From Schmidtea nova (Eukaryota): a DNA stretch of 64,000 bases. Positions 27,082 through 39,562 of this stretch are shown here, piece by piece. Within the stretch, counting starts at the first letter, position 1, and each line of letters begins with the position of its first letter. Location of the stretch: the NCBI GenBank assembly GCA_044892505.1, contig CM097883.1, positions 201,438,001-201,502,000 of the forward strand, given 5' to 3'. The notes under the pieces are model-generated. The model saw only the letters and a program-made list of their open reading frames with translations, had not been told where the DNA came from and made no database searches. Made by a program: the position numbers and the translations under genes.

Positions 27082-27729
27082 ATGAGTGATGCAAAAGAAA
27101 TGTGTCTTACTCCAATGGGATATGGTGCATCTGAAGATAGAAAAAAGGGGATTAAAGGATCAAAACTTTACAACATGTTTTCCTCATTACAACTAGATTT
27201 TATGGATCAACCTAAATATCTACTTTCTGGGGTTAATGTACATATTCGATTGAAACGATCTGAATCTGCATTATCATTGAAATCCACAGCTGGAAAACCA
27301 ATACTCCAATTAGTAGATGCAAAATTAATGGTTCGAAGAGTTCGATGTGAATCTTCAGTAATACCAGGACATCAAATTGGTTTAAATAACAAACACGCAA
27401 TTTATCCAATAAAATCAAAAGAAATTGGATCTTTTGCAATCGGTAAAGGGGTATCATCATTTTACAAGGAGCAAATATATGGTGATAGAAGAATGCCTAA
27501 TCTCATTGTAGCTTTTCAAACTGAAAATCAATATAACGGATCTTATGCTGAAACTTCATCTATATTCAAACATTTCAATGTAACTTCATTATCATTGTCG
27601 AAAAATACCGATTATCGAGAAATATCTACTCAAGATTTTGAAAATGATAATTTTAGTGCCACATATATGCAAAGTCTTGTTAGAAATTTAGATTATTTGG
27701 ATAAAAACATGAATTGTAAAAAAAATTAA
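27082..27729 (+). CDS. Polinton major capsid protein (double jelly-roll), partial
   Basis: LQLDFMDQPKYLLSGVNVHIRLKRS..AKLMVRRV..HAIYPI..FAIGKG..YNGSY..FKHFNVTSLSL matches the Polinton MCP pattern. Confidence 0.8.
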   Translation: MSDAKEMCLTPMGYGASEDRKKGIKGSKLYNMFSSLQLDFMDQPKYLLSGVNVHIRLKRSESALSLKSTAGKPILQLVDAKLMVRRVRCESSVIPGHQIGLNNKHAIYPIKSKEIGSFAIGKGVSSFYKEQIYGDRRMPNLIVAFQTENQYNGSYAETSSIFKHFNVTSLSLSKNTDYREISTQDFENDNFSATYMQSLVRNLDYLDKNMNCKKN

Positions 27730-27984
27730 AAATTTAAATCAAAGTCAAATCCCTAAAAATGGAAATTTACGATTACATATCAAATTTGGTAAAGCCATTG
27801 ACGAAATGGTTCATGAAATAATATATGGAGTCTTTGAAAATAAAATACAAATTACTGTCAATCGAGCAGAGCTGGTATAAATGAACCAAAATATATTAAT
27901 AATTTTCATAAAGTAAGCTTTTTAATTACTAAAATAATTAATTAAATTAGTTCTGTTCAGGTATATAGACTTGGTAAAAAACTA

Positions 27985-28290
27985 TTGGTAAATCAATTTA
28001 TTGGAAATTATCCACTAGATAAAATTCCCTATTTGGATATTAATCAGACCATCATTGTAAATACTCAGACATTTACTTTGGGTGGTCAGCATTGGATTGC
28101 TGTTTACGTGAAACTGGATCGAAAACATGTATTTGATCCATTTGGATATTATTATCCCAATTTATTAGTGAGAAAATTGCAGACTATGGGTAAACCGATT
28201 GTATATAATAGAATTCGGTATCAACATCCATTCTCAACTACTTGTGGTCAACATTATCTTGCATGGTTAAAATCTATGTCACATGTATAA
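27985..28290 (+). CDS. Polinton adenoviral-type cysteine protease, partial
   Basis: IIVNT..GGQHWIAV..FDPFG..YQHPFSTTCGQH (His-Asp-Gln-Cys catalytic set). Confidence 0.85.
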   Translation: MVNQFIGNYPLDKIPYLDINQTIIVNTQTFTLGGQHWIAVYVKLDRKHVFDPFGYYYPNLLVRKLQTMGKPIVYNRIRYQHPFSTTCGQHYLAWLKSMSHV

Positions 28291-28796
28291 ACAATTTAGT
28301 TTAATAAATTTTATTGTGAAAAATGACTTGTTATTTTATTGATATTTACGGTTATAATGATATGGGAGTATTAATTATTAAAGAATTATATATTATGAAT
28401 GTTAATAATATTTTTAAACCAAAGTATTATATATACAATGATTTACCGTTCCGGGCTGGATTCGGAACTCCCGATCGATTGGAATTGTACGAGGGACAAG
28501 ATCACTTTTGCCCAACGTGTATTATGAATGCTAATTAAGATACAAGTGCTATTTGCAATGTCACTGATGTTGATAAACTCCAAGTCTTGAAGAAATATTT
28601 TCCTTAATTGAGATTAATTAAATATAATTTTAAAGAAATTGAAGATGTTACAGATAATATATCATGTCCATATAGGGATCATAATATGTGTGTCTATAAA
28701 GGAAGTTTGAGTGCAGTTATTGATTATTTAAAACAAAAAATTATTGTTAGTTTAATAAATTTTAATAATGTATATTATGTTCTTTATTATTTTACA

Positions 28797-28829
<33 letters not shown>

Positions 28830-28859
28830 TTATAAACATTATTATAATAACTATTATTG

Positions 28860-28898
<39 letters not shown>

Positions 28899-29713
28899 TT
28901 ATAAATATTATTAAATTATTCACATATATTACATAAAGCATGATGACATCAACAAAGCCTCTGACGATAAATTCTAGGCATAAAGACACGTGAGGTCGTG
29001 AACTTATATGTCTTTATGTAGTCACATAACAACTATCGTGACATAAACAAACATGCAGTATGTGTGCCTTTATTTCCCTATCCTATCTCGATTCTGATTG
29101 AATGGTTAATAAAACTTGAAATTATCTGCTTTATATAGTCTATACTTGTATTATTTTGTCACTTTTAATCTCAAAATCTATTTTTAATTATTCAAAATCA
29201 ATTTCAATATGAATAGCATAATGAATCAACGACGAGTTTCTCGAAAATCATACGGAACTGGAATCAATGGTAAATTTATTATTTTTTATTTACTTTTTGT
29301 TTTTAATTTTACTAGAAGTTAATATAGCGAACAATATCGCGAATAATATTATCTCACATAACAGCGGATCTGTCATCAAACCTGGAGTCATCGGAACTAG
29401 AGTCAATGGTATATTTATTTTTATTATTGTTAATTTTAATTGACAATAATTTTTAGAAATTAATAATCTTATAAATAATGACAACATTCGACAAAATTAT
29501 GGTCAGACTGATGCTCCAAATACTTTTAATGCTGCTGGTTTTACGATTGGATAAAAAAAATGTAACTATTTTCATTATTTTTTAATATGATATATCGTGG
29601 CTGAATAAATAAACATAAACAGCCAAAGATTTTTATTAAAAATATAAAGGGTTGTTGCTGGAGGCTGCATTTTATTAACATGTTTGAGTTCCATCTTCTC
29701 TTGCGATTTCCTT

Positions 29714-29932
29714 TTATATACTTGATGCTGCATGTATTTATCTAAATTCATATTCTCTTTATATACTTTGTGCTACTTGCATTTATCTAAATTCATATTC
29801 TCTTTATATACTTGGTGCTGCTTGCATTTATCTAAATTCATATTCTCTTTATATACTTGGTGCTGCTTGCATTTATCTAAATTCATATTCTCTTTATATA
29901 CTTGGTGCTGCTTGCATTTTTCTAAATTCATC
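29714..29932. repeat. 45-bp tandem repeat, about 4.7 copies
   Basis: Unit TTTATCTAAATTCATATTCTCTTTATATACTTGGTGCTGCTTGCA; minus strand reads CKQHQVYKENMNLDK repeats (one copy has a stop). Confidence 0.9.
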
Positions 29933-30079
29933 TTCTGCTATTTTTTTCCATTATTCAAACAACTGTTTATAAATAAGTATATATTTTTAATTTAATTATA
30001 TATATAATATATAATATTTTTAATTTAATTATATATAAGTTATACATCTTAAAATTATATATATATATATATATGACGA

Positions 30080-31950
30080 AGGTACTACAATAGCCCCCGC
30101 CGAAGTACGCCGAGCGTATGGGAAATTGGAAACGGTATTCAAGGGTCAGAGTAAAAAAACTTGGAAGGCGAAACTCAATTGTTCTTGTACCGGAGAGCAG
30201 TTTAGGTGTACCTTTCGCGGCTAGGTGGGTGATGAGCAAGATGTGTCTCCGATGAAGACGGTAGGTAATATTGAGTAAAACGAGTCTGTGTCCATCGTGA
30301 CGATACGTGTCGGTGAGAGCGATGACGGAGATGCGGTTTGTGAAGGCTGCGGTAGAATGTGTGTGTAGTCTGTGCGGGTTTTTTCGTCGGAAAATGTTGG
30401 CGGTGCTTCTGGTATTGTTAGTGGTGTTTCTAATGATGTTGTGAATGTTGCTGCTGGTAATGATGTGGTTGGTGCTCTGTGTGGTGTGGCGGGTGATGTC
30501 GTTGTTGGTGTTGTTGCTAATGTTGTGCAAGGTGTGCTGGTTGGTTCTTGTTCTGGTGTTGATGCTTGTATTGGTATTGGTGATGGTGTTGTGTGAGTAA
30601 ATAGTACTGTGAAGAGGGTAGCAGTTGTTTTTGAGATAGTGCCTGCTGGTTGAGTTGATATTGTGTGTATTGAACGTGGTTTGCTGTGCAAACGGGTGTT
30701 CACTGGCAGGAAGTCATCGGAGGGTCCAGGAATATCCGATGACTCGGTTAGTTTTTTGCATGGTGGTGACTGCTGGTGTGCCATGTACATCCTTCGATGC
30801 ACAATTTGGCTTCGTTTTTGAATTGGTGGTGGTGGATGCAGATTGGAATGACTGGATAATGAGAATTGTGGAATTCGGAAGTGCAATCAATGCAGCATTT
30901 CTGTGCATGTTTTCTACATCTGCTGTGGAAATAGCAAATTAGTGATGCGTTGTTACTGGGTTGTACGTTTTGTGTGCGTGTTGTCGGTGGACGATTGGGA
31001 TGTTGTACTAGATGTAATGGCGGTGTATGGTTGGGATATCTTTCGACGTTGCGAGCGTAGTGGTTTTCTGGTGTATGTGTTGCGTTAACAATGGGATCTA
31101 GTGGTGGTGGTGTGTAATTATCAGCGCGCGGTTTATGGGGTTGAAGTGCGTAAATGCGGTCGGCTATTTTTGCTAGATGATATGGGTCTTCGGAGTCGAC
31201 CAATGCAAGCGAGGTTTGTAGGTGGTAGGGCAGTGCAGAAAGGAATTGGTGTGTCAATAGGTGTGAATTTTTGGAGAGTCCAGGTATTGCCGCGTCGTTT
31301 AAGCGAATTATCTCAGCCAAAAAGATGCTCGGTTGTTGGCCTGAGTAGCATTGTGGGGCTAATAACTTTTGTAGGGCTTGGGTTTGCGATGCGGTGTATT
31401 TGGATACTATGAGTCCTTTTTAGTTTTCGTATGGGCTATCAGAATCAAGGGCATCTGCTATTTTCTGTGCAAGCTCGACTATCAACTCAGCGGGTAAACT
31501 GTCAAGGAGGTAATCGGCTCGTAATTTCTGGAAAGAGGACGTACGGGCTTCAAAAATGCGAAACCACGAGGAAGGTGTACCGCCTTGATCTAAGAAAAAC
31601 AGTATGGGACGAAATCCGGATGAGGAACATTACTCTGTTGTGATTCTACCGCCTCCTAGGATGCGACAGTTGATGTCCAAGATTGAATTAGACTGCAGTT
31701 GGATAGAAGAAGAGACTAAAAAACCATTGCATGACACATAGTATGAGGTCTTGTCAATGCGAAGCGATGTGGCAATGTCTGTGTGTAAATCGGAAGTAAC
31801 GGCGATTTCTCGTATTATGTTATTTAAACGCGTGAGTATATAGGCTGGTAGTATCGGTGTGGTTTTGGTGAAAGAATCGTTATCGTGTGTTGAATCTAGG
31901 TTAGGATTATGGGTGATGTTTGTAGTTAAAGGGTGGAAGAGAGGCGGGAT
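30080..31950 (-). mobile_element. Decayed Gypsy gag-protease fragment
   Basis: FLSALPYHLQTSLA..LAKIADRI and ICYFHSRCRKHAQKC (gag), then IVTMDTDSFYSILP and LAAKGT..GTRTI (degenerate aspartic protease) in alternating frames. Confidence 0.65.
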
Positions 31951-32483
31951 AAAAAATTCGGGAAGTGTAAATTTAAATAATATAATATTTATTAAAAAGT
32001 ATATATAAAATTATGATAAATATTAATACAATTTTATTTATATAAATATAATAAATGATACTTATTGCCATATCATTTGGATTGGGATGTGTCACCCCAA
32101 CTGTGTTTATTTTTTGAGCTTTAGAATCNNNNNNNNNNNNNNNNNNNNNNNNNNNNNNNNNNNNNNNNNNNNNNNNNNNNNNNNNNNNNNNNNNNNNNNN
32201 NNNNNNNNNNNNNNNNNNNNNNNNNNNNNNNNNNNNNNNNNNNNNNNNNNNNNNNNNNNNNNNNNNNNNNNNNNNNNNNNNNNNNNNNNNNNNNNNNNNN
32301 NNNNNNNNNNNNNNNNNNNNNNNNNNNNNNNNNNNNNNNNNNNNNNNNNNNTAAAAATAATAAAACATATTAAAACAATAATTATTTAATAAATAACTTT
32401 TAAATAACAACAATATAAAAATCAAAAAAATTAAAAAAAGCCGTTTTCAAAAATTATATTCAATTAATGAAAATAATAAATGC

Positions 32484-35260
32484 TCACAAATCTGGAAAAT
32501 GTGGATGCACAAATTGATCATTGAAATCTGCATCGTTGAGCTCCGGCCGCATTTCTTCTGGAGTATTGACATCGTCAAGATCTACAACTGTGTCATGTCC
32601 TCTAAAATGGCCGTATGCGTAACTTTTATTTTTATCTATCGAGTTCTGTTTATCGTCTGCATTAGTTAACACTCTTTTTTATGTCTTATGCTATACAGTT
32701 GATTTTTACTAGCTATACGAAATTGGGGCACTGTGTATATTTTATTTGTACGATAACAATCTAGGTAAGATTCATGCGTTAAACCACTATCAGGCAATGT
32801 GATATTTTTAGCTTTTAATATGTCATCTTTGCCTTTCATGCTGTAGCATTTAGGTCTTAAAAATATCCACTCATCATAACCAAATCCCTTGCTCTCATTC
32901 TTAAACTTTCCTATCACAGAGTCAAGGTTCCTATTGTATAATGGATCTGTTGGTTCATAATTTGATGTGTCTAGCAAATTTTCTCGAATCATAGCTGGTA
33001 ATAGATTGACCAATTTACAATTTTTGATTTCCAAGAAAAAGGAATCGGTGTCCCCAGCAATAATATTAATTTGGCAATCGAATTCGTCTCGATATTTTTG
33101 CAAATCAATATATTGCAGCTGATACATTCGTAGTTTGGACAGATCTAGTACTGTTTGACCAATGTAACTAGGTCTGTCCAAACACACCCAGTCCTTTCTA
33201 AGGAAAACAGAAATTAAATCGTCATCTACTTTTGTGCTCCGTCTGAATGATGCTTTACTGCAATATGTTAGTAATTTATCTGGAGAATTACAAAGTCGTA
33301 AATTTATAAGCTTTTTTAGGCTTTCAACAGTCTTGCCGTAAAGACTGTTGTTTAATAATTTATAATAATTTTTGTCTAGAGTGTTAGTGCTCATTGCTCT
33401 AAGTCTAGTGTTTGTATCGATATATTTTTAAAATATATTTGATTGATTGAATTTTATTGCTCTATGAGCTTTTGTTACAATTACACCTATATTAAAAAAT
33501 AGTTGAATAAGCCTCCAATGAAGAACGTAGTTCTTCTTGGGATTGTGCGTGAGCAACAGCTTTTGAAAAAGGTGGACATTGTTTCTCAGCTGCAACTGGA
33601 AAATCGTCCAGTTTATCATGAATTTAGGATGGAATCTCTAAATCCACTTCCAATGTATAACTATAGGAAAGTAAATCTAAATCACCCGATTTACATTCAA
33701 TTAAAATTTAATTTAATAAATGATCATCATTGATCCAAGAAAAATTATCCTCGGGAAGTTTTTCACTAAGAGCCCACCCATACAGGTTGTTTATATCTAT
33801 ATATAACAACTCTGTATTTCGATCTGATTTTGTGTAATGTTTGTTTACAAACGCTAAACCTCCCCTAATCCCTCCCTCAAAAAGTTGTAAATTTCTATGT
33901 CTTGCAAGAGGTTTTTCTAAAGTCAATAAGGCGGAATCCCAAGACATGCACAGAATTCCTAAATAATTCAAAGGCTCAAGATTGTTATGAGCAATAGATT
34001 TAGACCGAAATTGCTGAAAAAAGTCAGCTAGTAAAAAGACATCCAATTTGAGGTAGACCATCATGTAATCGAAAAGCGAATTACAATTGGTTTCCCTCCA
34101 GATTGATTGAGCCATATTATACTCGGTTTCATTTACAGAACCCCAAATTGGCGGTAATGAAGTTATTTGATGAAGTACTTCTAAACTGTAAATTCCAGTG
34201 ATGTTAATGGAAGCGATGTTAGAGTTTTTACAGCATCATTTAGACTTGAGCTGACAAATGAGCAAGAATCGATAAATTTAATTGTTAAATTCCCGATTCT
34301 TGCATTACAAGGAAAGAAATTTCTCGACAGTGATAGGTATACAACTAATATTATAAGATTTGAACGAGGAAAGACCGAATTTGAGAATATGTTGAAGATC
34401 ATATCCTCTCAAATTATGAAAAACCACAGGCAAATTTGGTTTAATTCACCTGGATACATTGCATTTCTTACATGCAGCCCCTAAAAATTGACCGGAAAAA
34501 TGGTCACGATGCCTAACTGGATCAACAAGTGTTTTAGAACACAAATAACAATGGGTTGATGATGAAAACCTTAATTCCTCTGTGTTATTTAAAGATAGTT
34601 TTTTATTATAATTTTTAGCGAAATAAGGAACAACTATTTGCTCACTAATAGTTTGAATTTAGTAAAGAAAATCCTTAACACAATCCAAACTTACAAAACT
34701 CTTATAAATCCTTTTGCCAGAAAAGTTATTTATACAAAGAAGCTCAGCGGATATAGGAAAATGCTTTTGGAAATACTTTGTATTTGGTGGTAAAATAGCC
34801 TCGGAATTGGCATAAATTACAAATGGTGGAGTAATTGTTTTGGCCCAAATTTTAAATTCGAGATCTTTATTTTTCGGTAGTGTGTACAAAGTTGTACCTA
34901 TCTGATTTTTGTCGCACAAAGCTTTATGCCTGTCGAAACTAATATCAGTACGAAACCCCTTCAAACACCGTGGGCACATTTACTACATATTCTAACTGAT
35001 GTTATATCCAAATTATCGCAATTCAAAAGTCTGTCAAGATTTGTTATGGCTATATAATGATAATTATCTATGCCTTCTAATAAAATAAAATTAATTATAT
35101 GCTCTCCGTCTACTTTTGAGCGATATATTAAATCAACAAAAGGATGTTTTAAAACCTCAGACTTATTAGTTATATCTATTATTGCCTTTTCGTCATATGA
35201 AAACACATTAATAGATAACCAGGATTTCGGGATTCAAATTTCGAAATATTACAAAGACGC
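32484..35260 (-). pseudogene. Polinton/Maverick protein-primed DNA polymerase B, fragmented
   Basis: YIDINNLYGWAL (motif A), KLLNNSLYGK (motif B), IAGDTDSFF (motif C), EGGIRGG, KFIDSCSF, PFVIYANSE, CPRCLKGF and C-terminal DDK..AYGH spread over several ORFs. Confidence 0.9.
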
Positions 35261-35701
35261 ATAGGCATATCCGCTGGGTCAAAAGAAAGATCAGACAAGA
35301 GTAGAGTAGGGGGAGCGCCCATCCACAGGAACAACCCCCCGCTCCCTGTTCTTGTTTTTAAATTTTTTTGTTTAAATGAAGTGAATTAAAAAAAATTGTT
35401 TAAATGAAGTCAATTTAATTTTTAAATTTATTATTTTGTTTAAATGAAGTTAATTTTTATTTATTTAATTTTTATTTTTTTAATTTTTTTTTAATTTTTA
35501 AATGAAGTCAATTTTTAAATTTTTATTTTCGGCCCAGTCTGAAAAATAATAATAATATAGGGTTTTCCGACCTATTTAGACACTTTAACGATCAAATTAG
35601 ACATTTCAAAAAAGTAAAATATATTTCACAATCAATTTAGACAATTTTTCAATCAATTTAGACAATAAAGTTAAGAATAAGTTTAGCAAATCCACAATGA
35701 T

Positions 35702-36058
35702 TTATTCATATATCAATTCCATATTTCTACTTCTTTCGATATAAGTCAACATTCTCCTGAAATACCCTCCACAATCTTCGCTTGTTACGATGTTAAATCC
35801 CGCCATAATCAAATCATTCAATTCATTTTCGTTGTTTGCATTACCTCTGAGCACGTGATTCTTCCATTTACTGAAACAATTCTCAATAATGTTAAGAAAT
35901 GGGGAGTAAGGGGGTAGGTATACAAATTTGATGTTTTCAGCTTCACACATGGAAATAAAACGAGTACAATGATGTATACGGGCGTTGTCGATGATGAAAA
36001 TTGGATCGGTAATTCCTTGGTTTATGGCTAAATTTTTTAACTCCACCATGTAACACAA
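35702..36058 (-). pseudogene. IS630/Tc1/mariner-superfamily transposase C-terminal fragment (DD34E spacing)
   Basis: IFIIDNARIHH..VYLPPYSPFLNIIENCFSKWK; 34 residues between D and E. Confidence 0.85.
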
Positions 36059-36632
36059 AAATTTCTCGCCGTTTATAGGTCAGTATTTGATTCGTCTCTC
36101 ATAACATTCGCCATCGGAGATGATGGCTCGTTTGTGTCAATAACGTTATTGATTATGTTCCGGTCATTCGCGTCATTTACCGTTGTTTCGTCGTTGTTAT
36201 GCATGGGTATCAAATACAGAGGAAATGTAGACATATTTAAAATTGATTATATATTATATAAGTGTTGGGCCAGCCAAATCGAGCAGCATCTGAAAATAAT
36301 GTACAATCAATAAAATAAATTTACAACAGAATAACAACAAAATAAATTACCAACACCAAAGCGTAACAAGATAGGCGGCAACATCTGAAGGAAATAAAGT
36401 ATTAATCAAAACAACAAAAATCTTCAAAACTCACTCATGCGAAGCAGATAAAATTGGAATATGACAGCGCGTGGGCGGATGTCACCGAAGAGCTAAAACA
36501 AAATCAAATAAAAATTAAATCATACATAAAATAAACTTACCGCATGATTAACCAAATAAATCAGTGAGTTAAGTTAGGCAGCAAAAAGCCGACAACATGA
36601 AAAAATGAAGCAAACATACACACATAGTCGAT

Positions 36633-36694
36633 GCTGATTGGCTAACCAACAACACCGGTTCAGTATAAATACTGAAGTCAAATCAGTATTTGAC
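36633..36694 (+). promoter_or_regulatory. Candidate promoter in LTR (ATTGG/CCAAT box, TATAAATA at 36664)
   Basis: CTGATTGG at about 36634 and TATAAATA 36664-36671, conserved in the 3' LTR. Confidence 0.35.
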
Positions 36695-37782
36695 AATGTC
36701 ATTTTTTACTGAGTGTGAAGTATCAGCAAAACTTGTAACTGATTTGGAAGCCGCAATAAAAGGTAATTTGGAGTTATGTTTTGATGTATCTAAACCCTCA
36801 TAATTATTTGTAATCATGATAAAATCAATAAGGTTTTCCGGAGGCCTAACAGCCTGACGGATTCTTGGGGCCTCTCAGCGCAACACAATCTTTCGGTTGT
36901 GAGGTGCTGATGCGGCGGGACCATAGGTTTACTAAATACTTAGTAAATGGAAGGGGGATAAATGCACATAGGATGTCTACTACCATCGTAACATCAGTAT
37001 GGGTAAAAGCAATAGAAGGAGGTATTATCTGTCACGACGACATCGAGCAAATAAGTGTACGTAACAGGCGGGTTAATAGATCAATAGGGCATCTAGCGTT
37101 CGTGAAGTCGAGTAAAGTAGCGACGGTTTTGTGCCGAGGATATGTATCATGATAAATAACCCCAAGTTGGATAAATTGAGCACTGACGATGGTAGAGCTA
37201 TACAACGCATAAGTCATGTGAGTTCAGAGGCTGACAGTGCTAGCGTCAGAGGTAAACCATGAATCAACAAGGCATCCCAACATATATATACACCTCTCGA
37301 AGGGTACGAGGGATAGACCCCACGGATATTTAATGATAGTACGATCCGTACCCAATTAACCTGAGTAAGGGATTGATCATGTTCCCCGGATGATGTGATC
37401 ATTGGTAGTTGATAATGATGTTTGGAGATAAAACCTGAGGAGTGATTGAGCATGATTGCTGTAAATATAAACTAAAAATGTCTCGTAGATAATAACATTC
37501 AAACATAATGAACGGTCAAGCGATCACTGTAGATGAAACCAACTTATCATAAACGGCACGATGAATTATGCGTGGCCAAGCAATCGATAGAGTAAATGCA
37601 TTCACCAACAATGATAATAAAATACGACCTACATGATATCGCAAACATCGGACCGGTTCAACACTGAACCACCGACTGAAGCCTACAGAGTTTCACCCTT
37701 AAGTCGAGTAGGTCGACGGGTATAAATAATTGCGCTCACCCGACAAATCTATCACACTAACATAATTCTTATCTCCAGCCAC

Positions 37783-38418
37783 ATGATAAAGACCGAGGGA
37801 TACCAAAGGAATCTGATCGTCTCACGACATATGAAAGTGGAGGATTATGTCATCCGGAAAAAACGACGTATCCGTTCCGTCATCCAGCCAAAGAGGAACC
37901 CTACCATCGATGGAGAAATGGAAGCCCCACGCAGAATTAGCGAAACTGCGCGTCGACACTTACGCCGGTGGATAAGACATCATATGAGTGCAGCCGCCGA
38001 TATTCCGGCTTGCGCTTTCACGATACAATTACGATGGGAAGGAGACCCCGAGTGGACCTCCACCGCGGATCCTGCCGAGCCAAGGACCGATAGATGGTTC
38101 TACCAATTCCTCGACGGACAGCAACGACCCCGTTGGTTATTGAGTAATGAAATGATGACGGGAAGGGCTCTATATCAATTAGGGTACATGCTGCTAGACA
38201 GGCCTCGGTGTCGCTACACTGAGGAAGTCTTCGCCTACTCCAACGCGCCAGGAAGCGTGTCCTTAGATCAGTACCCCGAGCTCAAGGAGCTTCGCCTCTG
38301 GGAGGTGTTTATCTACAAAGATAAACTGAGTTGGAACCCAGCCCCAGAAATGTATTGGGAGAATGGAATTCGGTGCGACGAGTATCCCGCTGATCAGGAA
38401 TTGAGAGCATTCGGGTGA
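37783..38418 (+). CDS. LTR-internal ORF A, 211 aa, unknown function
   Basis: ATG start, uninterrupted 211 codons, preceded by CACTAAC branch point, pyrimidine tract and CAG at 37776-37778. Confidence 0.6.
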   Translation: MIKTEGYQRNLIVSRHMKVEDYVIRKKRRIRSVIQPKRNPTIDGEMEAPRRISETARRHLRRWIRHHMSAAADIPACAFTIQLRWEGDPEWTSTADPAEPRTDRWFYQFLDGQQRPRWLLSNEMMTGRALYQLGYMLLDRPRCRYTEEVFAYSNAPGSVSLDQYPELKELRLWEVFIYKDKLSWNPAPEMYWENGIRCDEYPADQELRAFG

Positions 38419-38571
38419 TCGACACAACCCGAACAAGAATGATTGTCGTAGATATAAAAATATATGTATTTGTGTGCGAACGGTCTTGTTTTGTTTTTCG
38501 AGTGCATGAGAATAGCATGATGATAAGGTGGAGTTGTTTAATAACGACAGGATGACCGAAAGATCGGACAA

Positions 38572-39171
38572 ATGACATATACCACAATTAATGATATATT
38601 TACAGACATGACTGAAACCAAGGACAGAGATTTCAAGCAAGAGGCGCGAGAACATAAGGCGCGTTCACGAGTCTTGGAAAATCGTTTAAGGCAACTGAAT
38701 GACGAGCATCAGAGGATCAAGACAACATGGTTTAACCCAGAGAGGGTTAAAGCCATCCTGCAAGCTAGATACAGGGTGGAACGAGCAGCTGAGGAACATG
38801 CCAGAGAGGTTGCAGCCCTGAAATTGGAGTTGGCCAATTACTTAAAGGTATCGACTCAGGATTTTATCACCGAACAATTGCGCCCAATGATCAGAGCGAG
38901 CACCTTTAACCGATGGGTGGACACGATAGCGGTAACCACGAGTACCCAAACGGAAACAGATGCAGTCGCAATCACGACGATCGAACCGACAACAAGGACT
39001 CCAGCAGGCTCAAAACGAACGAAGAGAAGGAATCGCCTCGGAGCGAAAAAGCGGCGAGAGCGACGTGCATATGCGGATCGCCTCGGGATAGAAGTAGACT
39101 TGCTCAGTGGTCTATCTGAACAAGAACTTCTGAATGTAATTAGACCATCAGTGTTATTGAATTATAAATAA
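38572..39171 (+). CDS. LTR-internal ORF B, 199 aa, coiled-coil plus basic NLS-like tract
   Basis: ATG start, heptad-rich N-half, KRTKRRNRLGAKKRRERR; AATAAA overlaps the stop. Confidence 0.6.
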   Translation: MTYTTINDIFTDMTETKDRDFKQEAREHKARSRVLENRLRQLNDEHQRIKTTWFNPERVKAILQARYRVERAAEEHAREVAALKLELANYLKVSTQDFITEQLRPMIRASTFNRWVDTIAVTTSTQTETDAVAITTIEPTTRTPAGSKRTKRRNRLGAKKRRERRAYADRLGIEVDLLSGLSEQELLNVIRPSVLLNYK

Positions 39172-39174
39172 ATG

Positions 39175-39368
39175 TATATAAATGAATGATTTGACTTGTC
39201 TTGTTTGTTTGAAGTATGTATGAGAATTAAAAGTAATGAAAACCTGGTTCATTTAAAGCTGCAGATATCTAAAAAGTAAATTACCCTAGGACAAAAGAAA
39301 AGAGCATAAGTGGGACCGAAAGAAATCCACAAACACCTTCTAACGGTAGTGGTGGACCCGTGAATAAA
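39175..39368 (+). promoter_or_regulatory. Candidate U3/R/U5 signals: TATATAAA (39175) and AATAAA (39363)
   Basis: Spacing TATA - about 190 nt - polyA signal - about 190 nt - PBS fits canonical LTR geometry. Confidence 0.4.
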
Positions 39369-39562
39369 CAAGGGAATAGTAGCCGCAAGGTTGCTCACCT
39401 GCCTTGTCATTTCACAACGTTGACACAGCACCAACATGATGAGTAGTTAGGGATACATCATGGGTGTCAGCGGGGGAATGTTTTTATGTTGGCGAGATCA
39501 CCCTAATAGATAAAATCCTAATGATCTCAGTTGTCAATCTAACCAACACACCCGCATAAATT

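Larger units (their letters stand above)
36263..39548 (+). repeat. 5' LTR (about 3.3 kb)
   Basis: 36263-37697 matches 62564-64000 almost exactly. 3' end inferred from CCAACA (39543-39548, inverse of TGTTGG) and the PBS 14 nt downstream; exact end uncertain (39548-39562). Confidence 0.8.

Noticed and set aside
35290-35360. AGTAGAGTAG/GC-rich patch as possible Polinton terminus
   Set aside because: No matching inverted copy found at the other side of the Polinton genes.
36865-37453. Short ORFs duplicated in both LTRs (95, 61, 79/63 aa)
   Set aside because: Short, some with non-ATG starts, no motifs; the 79-aa ORF is altered by the TA indel in the 3' LTR; duplication simply reflects LTR identity.
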